Source: Candidatus Omnitrophota bacterium
Lineage (GTDB): Bacteria > Omnitrophota > Gorgyraeia > Duberdicusellales > 4484-171
DNA length: 64,000 bases
Direction of reading: 5' to 3'
Assembly (NCBI GenBank): GCA_016935525.1
Contig: JAFGQU010000005.1
Span: 2,190-66,189 of the forward strand
Translations under genes and position numbers: made by a program
The notes under the pieces: model-generated
Told to the model about the DNA's origin: nothing
Databases searched by the model: none
The model's input: the letters and a program-made list of their open reading frames with translations, nothing else
In this document: piece by piece, positions 57,307 through 64,000 of the stretch
Numbering within the stretch: position 1 is the first letter of the stretch
Layout: each line of letters starts with the position of its first letter

Positions 57307-58721
57307 TACAAGGAATTTATTCAACCAGTATTGATGTAACCACGATCGTCTCGCAATTGATGTTACAGGCGGCTCAGCCGCTCACGACGTACCAAAATAA
57401 ACAGACGACGTTTCAGACCGAACTTTCGTCGCTTACCGCGGTACAGAGCAAGTTGGCGGCGTTACAGAACGCGTTACAGCCGCTTTTGACGGTAAGTTCG
57501 ACCAGCGCGTTTAAACATAAACTGGCGACCTCATCAGATGAATCGACATTGACTGCCACGGCCGACAGTACCGCGGCAAACGGGACCTATAACGTGACCG
57601 TAAATACCTTGGCGACTTATCATAAGATTGCATCCACTCAAGGGTCGCAAGCTGGTTTACAAGTTATTACCAATGTCGGAGCCGGTCTGCGTACGGTGCG
57701 CTTTACCGTTGATGGGACGGATTATGATATTGATGTAACCTTGGCCGCCGGTGAAGATAATGAGACGATTTTACAGAACTTCGCCGATGCGATCAATGCT
57801 TCTGGCGCGCCGATGAGTGCGATAGTAGTCAATGAGACCGGGACAAGTACCCGGTTAGTGATAACTGCCGATGATTCCGGGACGGTCGGCGAGATAACAA
57901 ATGTCGAAGATTTGGCCGGAAATCTTGCTACTTTTATCCAATTAAGTACTGGCGGTCCGGGATGGACTCCGGCGAACGAATTGGTTGCCGCTCAAAATGC
58001 TGATTTCGATATCGACGGATTGAATTTTGTCCGTTCGACCAATAGTGTCGGCGATGCGATCGGCGGAGTCACCTTAAATCTCCTGCAGGATGCCGGAGCG
58101 ACTTCCACGGTTACCGTGGGAGTGGATACCAGTGCTATTATTGAAGATATTCAGAGTTATATCGACGCGTATAATACCGCGATCAGCGCGATAGATTCCG
58201 AAACAGCCTATGATTTAAAGACCAATACCGGTAAACCGCTTTTCCATGAAACCGTGGTGAAAAGGATGCCGCTCAAGTTACGTCAGTTGTCTACCCGGTC
58301 GGTTGCCGGACAGCCGCTCGCGACGAATTCGCTCTATATGATCGGTATCGAAGTCACTAAAGAAGGTGAGATGCGTATCTATGATAGTTCCAAACTCTCT
58401 AACGCGTTAGAAACGTCTCTGGATGATGTGCAAAGCCTGTTCAATGACCCGGTTGATGGGGTCGCAACCCGTCTTGATCAACAACTCGATGATTATCTGC
58501 TTCCTACTACCGGATCATTAGCCCGGCTTCTGGACACGACCAACAAAAATATCCAGAAGATCGAAGATAAAATAAGCGATTTCGAAGCTTATTTGACTAA
58601 TCTGGAAGAAAAACTCTTTTTACGATGGTCTAAAGTCCAACAGGCGCTCAGTTTTAACGATAGTTTGAGTTTATTTATGTCGCAAAGATTACTGAATTCT
58701 TCTCAACAGCAATCCTACTAA
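57303..58721 (+). CDS. fliD: Flagellar filament cap protein FliD
   Basis: N-terminal SSLTAVQSKLAALQNALQPL. C-terminal cap domain. 472 aa. Confidence 0.85.
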   Translation: MIQGIYSTSIDVTTIVSQLMLQAAQPLTTYQNKQTTFQTELSSLTAVQSKLAALQNALQPLLTVSSTSAFKHKLATSSDESTLTATADSTAANGTYNVTVNTLATYHKIASTQGSQAGLQVITNVGAGLRTVRFTVDGTDYDIDVTLAAGEDNETILQNFADAINASGAPMSAIVVNETGTSTRLVITADDSGTVGEITNVEDLAGNLATFIQLSTGGPGWTPANELVAAQNADFDIDGLNFVRSTNSVGDAIGGVTLNLLQDAGATSTVTVGVDTSAIIEDIQSYIDAYNTAISAIDSETAYDLKTNTGKPLFHETVVKRMPLKLRQLSTRSVAGQPLATNSLYMIGIEVTKEGEMRIYDSSKLSNALETSLDDVQSLFNDPVDGVATRLDQQLDDYLLPTTGSLARLLDTTNKNIQKIEDKISDFEAYLTNLEEKLFLRWSKVQQALSFNDSLSLFMSQRLLNSSQQQSY

Positions 58722-58829
58722 GGATTCAGGGTATAGTTCTTTCTCACAATGTATGATACAATAGGTAAAACAAAAGTCGGCTTTTCCGTACTACGCGGAA
58801 AAGCCTTCTTTTTTAAGGAATATTGTTAG

Positions 58830-59048
58830 TTGATGTTAGAAGAAAAGACTGATCTTCAAGAAGAGATCCTCAAAGCGTTACTACAGAAGAACGCTACCTA
58901 CGCCCATCCGTTAAATTCAGAAAAGATCTCACAGATCCTTAATATAAATTCGTCATACGCCCGGTTTCAGATCGGCCGGTTGAGAGAATATATCGGTGTA
59001 CGCCGGGGAAAACACGGGGGATATTATCTTAAAGAAAGAAAACGATGA
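58830..59048 (+). CDS. Small hypothetical basic protein
   Basis: 72 aa. Within the fliD-fliS block. Confidence 0.25.
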   Translation: MMLEEKTDLQEEILKALLQKNATYAHPLNSEKISQILNINSSYARFQIGRLREYIGVRRGKHGGYYLKERKR

Positions 59049-59317
59049 CTGATCCGGTTTTAAAAGAAAACCTGCAGAAAACAGTATCTTCGTTACGTAA
59101 AGGCGATGTGGCCGCCGCCGCGACCGGTATTCCCCAGATCGTCGCGGGCCTGAAAAGTTTGACTGCCGGAAAAGAAGATGCTCAGGTAAAAGACCTGGCG
59201 CTTGCCGTGCGGGCGATCGTGAGCAGTTTCGAACACCGTGACTATGTGTTGATGGCTGATTTTATCGAATTTGAGATCTTACCGTTTTTAAACGAACAGG
59301 ACAGAAATGGGAAATAA
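59045..59317 (+). CDS. Small hypothetical protein
   Basis: 90 aa. Translationally coupled to its neighbours. Confidence 0.25.
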   Translation: MTDPVLKENLQKTVSSLRKGDVAAAATGIPQIVAGLKSLTAGKEDAQVKDLALAVRAIVSSFEHRDYVLMADFIEFEILPFLNEQDRNGK

Positions 59318-61178
59318 TTTTTACGAGACTAACCTGGGAGCGCTTAAAGAACGCTATCCCCAGCTGTATGAGAAAATAGTCGCTCATCAGGATACTCTAT
59401 CTACCGAGATGATCGATTCCCGGTCCGGGATGCCTACGTTACGCGTACACGGCAAGTTTTTTCATAGTGCTTATGACCCGATGCATGAGGCCGGATATTT
59501 GCTGGAAGACCTCAATCTTAAACAATACGAGGGGATAGTCCTTGTCGGGATGGGATTAGGGTACCATCTTAAGAAAATATGGATGGACCCCTATTTCCAG
59601 GGCAAGATGCTTATTGTCGAAAAAAATATTACGGTATTTAAACAGGCGTTAGCTGCCAGTGACCTGTCCACTATTATCCGCGACGGACTGGTACTGTTTG
59701 TCGTTGAAGAAGATGAGCAAGAAGCCGCACGGATCATTGAGGTATGCGGATTCTTCAGGATCAACATCACCAAGGTCGGTGTGATCATCCATCCGCCCAG
59801 TATGCAGATGTTCATGGAATACTATCTGGTCATCTGTAAAAAAATCAGGTCGCTCTTAGGCTTTATGCGCAGTTCGCTGGGTTCACTGAAACAGTTCCAG
59901 GATTTCTGGGTCAATAACGCGATGGAAGATACCGTCGATATTGTCGCATCTCCCGGTATTAGGGATCTAGGGGAGATGGGTAAAGGTACCCCGGCGATCA
60001 TCGTTTCGGCCGGGCCGTCACTTGATCGGGATATCGAGACGATCCGCCAGGCTAAAGGCAAGATTTTTATTTTTGCCGTAGGGACCGCGTACCGGGTACT
60101 GTTGAAAAACGGGATTAAGCCTGATGTCGTAGTCGTCGTCGATGCCCATGAAGTCATCCTGAAACAGTTTAAAGATATCGATCCTTCCGGGACATATTTG
60201 TTTTCGGCCAATTTTGTCCGTAAAGAGATCATCGATGCATTCATGCCTGACGTATTTTTCTATTTCCCTTCGACTATTCCCTACGACGTGCTTCTGCCCG
60301 ATTCACAGCGGGCAAAAGGGCGCGCTTACGCCGGCGGGTCGGTCGCCCATTCCGCGCTCGATATCGCCGTACAATTAGGGTTTAACCCGGTCATCCTTGT
60401 CGGGCAGGATTTATCGTACGCTTCCAGCGGCCAGACCTATGCGTCCGGTTCGGTCTATGACGGTAAAACGATTCAATATCAGGACGAACGTGATTTTCAC
60501 ACACAAGGGTTAGTATGGATGCGAGGTAATTATGAGGATAAAGTGATCGGGTCGCAAGTGTTCTATATTTTCGTGTCCAGTTTCGAACAGTATATCCGCC
60601 GCCATCCCGAAGTAACGTATATCAACGCTACTTCCGGCGGGGCCTATATCGAAGGTACCACATTGATGCCGCTGGCCGAGGTGCTTTCCCATTACGCAGA
60701 TAAAGGTGACCCGGCCGCCTGCCGGGAAACCATGAAGAAAGTGCAGGCCGGGTTTGTCCCGAACTGGGAAGGGTTTCACGAGATCCTGGAAAAAGTGTTA
60801 AACCATTTTAATCAGATCGTAAACGACCTGGAATCAAGCTGCGAGAAAGCCAAACATTTTAAAATGTTGCTTAAAGAAGGGCATCAGTTACCGAAAGAAT
60901 TACAGACGATCCCTACTGAACTGATCGAACTGGGGAAACGCCTTGATGAAAACAGCCTTACCGCATTGCTTCAGTATGGGAAAGGGTATTTTAAGTTTTT
61001 GATCATGAACATGGAATTACGATCGGCTCAGAATGTACGGCAGATGCAGGAGGTCTTCTGTAATTCAGTCGAAGAGGTGTATGAAGGGTTTTTAGAAACA
61101 GCGACCTTTATCCGCGATAAAATAACGGACATGTTAAACAGGAGTGATATATGGAAGAAAACAGAAAATATACGATAG
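59307..61178 (+). CDS. maf: Motility-associated factor (Maf/DUF115) flagellin nonulosonic-acid glycosyltransferase
   Basis: 623 aa. IIVSAGPSLD and MptE-like core are typical of Maf/PseE-family flagellin glycosyltransferases. Adjacent to fliS, with the nonulosonic-acid island upstream. Confidence 0.6.
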   Translation: MGNNFYETNLGALKERYPQLYEKIVAHQDTLSTEMIDSRSGMPTLRVHGKFFHSAYDPMHEAGYLLEDLNLKQYEGIVLVGMGLGYHLKKIWMDPYFQGKMLIVEKNITVFKQALAASDLSTIIRDGLVLFVVEEDEQEAARIIEVCGFFRINITKVGVIIHPPSMQMFMEYYLVICKKIRSLLGFMRSSLGSLKQFQDFWVNNAMEDTVDIVASPGIRDLGEMGKGTPAIIVSAGPSLDRDIETIRQAKGKIFIFAVGTAYRVLLKNGIKPDVVVVVDAHEVILKQFKDIDPSGTYLFSANFVRKEIIDAFMPDVFFYFPSTIPYDVLLPDSQRAKGRAYAGGSVAHSALDIAVQLGFNPVILVGQDLSYASSGQTYASGSVYDGKTIQYQDERDFHTQGLVWMRGNYEDKVIGSQVFYIFVSSFEQYIRRHPEVTYINATSGGAYIEGTTLMPLAEVLSHYADKGDPAACRETMKKVQAGFVPNWEGFHEILEKVLNHFNQIVNDLESSCEKAKHFKMLLKEGHQLPKELQTIPTELIELGKRLDENSLTALLQYGKGYFKFLIMNMELRSAQNVRQMQEVFCNSVEEVYEGFLETATFIRDKITDMLNRSDIWKKTENIR

Positions 61179-61588
61179 AAAACCTTAAATCGATGTCGGA
61201 TCTGGAAGCGCTTATCCTGCTGTACGATAAGATCCTGGAAGCCGGCGAAGCTGCCCAGAAAGCCTGGGAAGAAAAGGATCTTGAGGCGTTCCACCAGAAA
61301 ACCGACTGGATGGTAAAGATCATCGAAGGACTGATCGCCCTGGTCGATATGAAGATCGATCCGAAATTAGGGGGTAACCTTCTGCATATCTATGATTATG
61401 CCCGAAGAAGGATCGCGGTCGCTCAATCCGAAGTCCGGCAGACGCCGCACATAATAAAAGAATGTTGTGACCTGCTCGGTAAATTGCGCGATGCCTGGAT
61501 CGAAGTAAAAGAAAAAGGCGATATAACCGCGTCGTTTCGTGCGCATCTGACGTCTGAAGACGCGAGGTTTTTGAATATTGAAATTTAA
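61151..61588 (+). CDS. fliS: Flagellin-specific chaperone FliS
   Basis: LILLYDKILEAGEAAQKAW...KIIEGLIALVDMKIDPKLGGNLLHIYDYARRRIAVAQ...DLLGKLRDAW is the canonical FliS four-helix bundle. Confidence 0.85.
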   Translation: MEENRKYTIENLKSMSDLEALILLYDKILEAGEAAQKAWEEKDLEAFHQKTDWMVKIIEGLIALVDMKIDPKLGGNLLHIYDYARRRIAVAQSEVRQTPHIIKECCDLLGKLRDAWIEVKEKGDITASFRAHLTSEDARFLNIEI

Positions 61589-61718
61589 AAGTTCGCGCGT
61601 TCACCCGTACTCGCGTTATCCCGTTAAAAAACGGGTACACGGGTAAACGGGGGAACGGGTTAACCCGACTATATACTAGAGACCAGAGACTAGTAACTGA
61701 AAAGATGAGGGGATACGT

Positions 61719-62651
61719 ATGAAAAAAACATTGGTTTTCTTAGGAATTCTTACCTGTATTTTTTTCTTTACCCGCAATGGGTCCGGTCAGGCGCCTGAAG
61801 AATCGGCACATACCGCAGGAGTAGGGCTTTCAGTCATGCCGGGAGAGATGGTCGTCCAGAACATTGTTCCCGGTGAACCGTTTGATTTAGGCGAAAAAGC
61901 CGATATCGGGCTTATCGTCCGTAACCAATCCGATAAAACCCGTTCTTATAAGATCGCCGTGACTCAACCCAGCCAATTACGGCTAAAAAATGTAAAAGGA
62001 TATTCGGTATTACCGGACCCCTCATGGCTACAGTTGGAAAAAGATACTATTGAGGTCGGCCCGTTTTCTCAAGGTACCGTAAAGATGGTCATACACGTAC
62101 CCGATGACCCGCAGTATTTTAACCAGAAATGGGCTGTTGCCCTTTCGGTGACGTCGGTCCCCAAAGCCAACGAAAAAATCAATCTGCGGGTCACGCCGGT
62201 TTATTATATCGAGACCGTAGCTAATAGCGAAATTTTAACTCCTCCGGCCGGCCGGTTGGGGGTAAGTCCCGGGGCAATAAATTTAGGCATTATCACTCTT
62301 GGTGAACATAAAGATGTCGCGAAAATAAAAATCTATAATAACGACACTAAAGCTCATGTATACAGTATTTCTCCCTTTGTCCCGACTCAAGAGAGCGGTT
62401 CACGAAAGATCATCGTTTCACCGAATTATTTCTGGATCTATGAGAAAGAATGGATCAGCGCGCAAGTCCCTAAGGTAAAAATAGGCCCGAAGAAATCGAA
62501 AGAAATAGCGATTAATCTTACTATTCCGGATGTCCCGGTATATGTGAAAAAGCTCTTTGAAGGTCTTATTTTTATTGAAGCTCTTGACGATGAAACGCTT
62601 TCAGATTTCGTACGGGTGAAGATGAACACCCGTAAGAAACCGAAAGAATAA
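61719..62651 (+). CDS. Secreted hypothetical protein
   Basis: Signal peptide MKKTLVFLGILTCIFFF. 310 aa. No motif recognised. Confidence 0.4.
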   Translation: MKKTLVFLGILTCIFFFTRNGSGQAPEESAHTAGVGLSVMPGEMVVQNIVPGEPFDLGEKADIGLIVRNQSDKTRSYKIAVTQPSQLRLKNVKGYSVLPDPSWLQLEKDTIEVGPFSQGTVKMVIHVPDDPQYFNQKWAVALSVTSVPKANEKINLRVTPVYYIETVANSEILTPPAGRLGVSPGAINLGIITLGEHKDVAKIKIYNNDTKAHVYSISPFVPTQESGSRKIIVSPNYFWIYEKEWISAQVPKVKIGPKKSKEIAINLTIPDVPVYVKKLFEGLIFIEALDDETLSDFVRVKMNTRKKPKE

Positions 62652-62751
62652 ACAGCCGTGAATCCGGAAACGAATGCGAAAAAAATCCGTTGATTTTCAT
62701 AACTCATTGAAAATGAGCAAGTTATAAAAAGTAATTTTTTCGTGCTCGGGG

Positions 62752-62781
62752 TTGAAATGGTCTTTATCGATGTGGTATAAA
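62752..62781 (+). promoter_or_regulatory. Candidate sigma-70 promoter for the riboswitch transcript (TTGAAA-N18-TGnTATAAA)
   Basis: TTGAAA 62752-62757. Extended -10 tggTATAAA ending at 62781. An alternative TTGACA lies at 62807-62812. Confidence 0.4.
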
Positions 62782-62819
62782 TGTCATGTACACACGGGCT
62801 TAGTATTTGACAATTAGAA

Positions 62820-62980
62820 TCACGATAAAGGCAAACCCGCTGAAAGGCGGGGACGCAAAGCCTTGGGCCTAAAGGAAAAATCCTATGGTTGCCAGGTTAC
62901 CGAATGAACCTCAATATACGTTGAGGGGGAATCGAGTAATTATAACCCGCGCTATAGGAATATAGCGCGGGTTTTTTTTG
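62820..62980 (+). ncRNA. c-di-GMP-I (GEMM) riboswitch with intrinsic-terminator expression platform
   Basis: Aptamer GGCAAACC-cgct-GAAAG-gcgg-GGACGCAAAGCC-ttg-GGCCTAAA...GGTTGCCAGGTTACCGAATG closely parallels the Vc2 GEMM aptamer (GGCAAACC...GACGCAAAGCC...GGCCUAAA...GGUUACCGAUGG). The terminator is acccgcgctatagg-aa-tatagcgcggg plus T8 (62946-62979). Confidence 0.7.
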
Positions 62981-63001
62981 GCCTCTTTTGGGGCCGGTTT
63001 A

Positions 63002-63770
63002 GGGCTTGGGTAAGGAAAAATAATGATAATTCGTTCGCAGATTGTATGGTCAAGATGGGTCTCTCTTGGTGAGTGTATGGATGCTACACCGCACTGTGTT
63101 TCTTTATACAGTGCGGTTTTTTTATGTCTTCTTTTTGGGGTTGGGCCCTCAATAAGAAGAACTGTGAGCGTTTTATAGGGCTATAAAACGCTCACGATCA
63201 GGGTTTGGGTAAGGAAATATGTTTAGTTTTTTAAAATCACGCATACTCTATTCTTTTACGTCTTTTTTTGCACACCCTCTTTCTTTCATTTCCTGTTTCT
63301 TTACTCAAAACCCGAAACAAACAATAAGCACAGATAAAAGCCCTTCTTTTCCTCCAACATTTTCCTTACCCAAGCCCATACATATACAGAACGCCCTGAT
63401 TTCAACAATCTGTATATGTTGTTTTATTCTGATGTTTTCCTTACCTAAGCCCACGTACACACAGGCATTGCCCAGTATGTATTCCTCTTATTTTAAAAGA
63501 GGGGCTTGTGTGTACTGTTTTCCTCAGTTTTCCTTACCTAAGCCCAAGCACGTGCAGTTGGTATCGATCATCTGCGCGTGCGGTCTTTTTATGTTTTCCT
63601 TACCTAAGCCTGAGCGTATTCTACCGGCAGTGGCGAGTCTTGCGTTGTATTGTCTCCTTTTCGCGGTTGTCGCTGCTGCCGGCTTTATATGCTTTAGACG
63701 CGAGAGTCTCTGTCGTGTGTGTACAGATGAAAAAGCCCGGATGATGAATGAATATTCTTTACCCAAACCC
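63002..63770. repeat. Array of an 18-bp motif (GGGCTTGGGTAAGGAAAA / TTTTCCTTACCYAAGCCC) in both orientations, each flanked by a hairpin
   Basis: Copies: 63002-63019 and 63201-63218 (GGG...AAA orientation). 63360-63377, 63435-63452, 63528-63545, 63594-63610 and degenerate 63755-63770 (TTT...CCC orientation). Each copy is followed within 0-7 nt by a 10-12 bp stem hairpin of unique sequence. A + strand terminator sits at 63088-63124. Confidence 0.7.
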
Positions 63771-63863
63771 AAAAGTTTTGAGGAGGTGTATATGAGGGAA
63801 AATAATAATAGGGGAATACAAAATACGAACATAATGGTAATCAATAAAAAAGGAGGTTATGCC

Positions 63864-64000
63864 ATGAAGTTCAAAATATTAGGAGTGGTGTTCGTTGGAT
63901 TAGCGATGCTCTTTGGCGTCACGAGTAATGCCTGGGCGTTAGCGTCAGAAGATATCGTATTGACGGTAACGATCCAGATATTGAGTGTCGACGTCGAAGA
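63864..64000 (+). CDS. Secreted protein, 5' partial in window (runs off the end)
   Basis: RBS aaaggagg, then ATG 63864. MKFKILGVVFVGLAMLFGVTSNAWA signal peptide. Confidence 0.45.
   Translation, partial: MKFKILGVVFVGLAMLFGVTSNAWALASEDIVLTVTIQILSVDVE

Noticed and set aside
62862-62885. Additional copy of the 18-mer (GGGCCTAAAGGAAAAA) as part of the repeat array
   Set aside because: It lies inside the GEMM aptamer (the conserved GGCCUAAA block). The resemblance to the array motif is probably coincidental or ancestral, so it is not counted as an array member.
63002-63770. CRISPR array
   Set aside because: The repeats are only 18 bp, the spacings are irregular (66-161 bp), the copies occur in both orientations, each is paired with a hairpin, and no cas genes are present. 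The geometry is incompatible with CRISPR.
63508-63844. ORF-track ORFs 63508..63744 (+) and 63524..63844 (-) as genes
   Set aside because: Both lie entirely within the repeat/hairpin array. Their repetitive motifs (FPYLS.., LGLGKE..) are simply translations of the 18-mer. No RBS or coherent domain is present.

Overview
This window is almost entirely one large flagellar/motility locus, all on the + strand except a single gene. Its gene order resembles Firmicutes/Thermotogae, but L- and P-ring genes (flgH, flgI) show the organism is diderm.

Flagellar genes, in order:
- flgB-flgC-fliE-fliF-fliG-fliH-fliI-fliJ-fliK-flgD-(flagellar operon protein)-flgE
- flbD-motA-motB-fliY/N-fliO-fliP-fliQ-fliR-flhB-flhA-flhF-flhG
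- three tandem PilZ (YcgR-like) genes, then fliA (sigma-28)
- fliM, flgF, flgG, flgA, flgH, flgI, an flgJ-N-like rod-binding protein, a FlgN-like protein, flgM
- flgK, flgL, fliW, csrA, flagellin, flaG, fliD, fliS

A ~11 kb flagellin-glycosylation island sits between flgM and flgK. It carries nonulosonic-acid (legionaminic/pseudaminic-type) genes: NeuB-, NeuC- and NeuA-like enzymes, an aminotransferase, a dehydratase, a PglD/NeuD-type acetyltransferase, a CBS-nucleotidyltransferase and a B12-radical-SAM enzyme. A Maf-type glycosyltransferase lies next to fliS.

Regulatory and repeat features:
- Three textbook sigma-28 promoters (TAAAGTTT-N11-GCCGATAA) sit upstream of flgM, the flgK operon and csrA.
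- A c-di-GMP-I (GEMM) riboswitch with an intrinsic terminator lies near the 3' end.
- Directly downstream is an unusual array of at least 7 copies of an 18-bp motif in both orientations, each followed by a hairpin.
- A GIY-YIG gene is flanked by perfect 23-bp inverted repeats, with two miniature ORF-less copies of the same repeats inside flagellar operon spacers.
- A ~85-bp GTCACA-rich palindromic repeat family separates the sugar genes.
- Several other word-like palindromic spacers occur between operon genes.

All coordinates were derived by hand from the printed sequence. Products are assigned from motifs and gene order only; nothing was checked by search.
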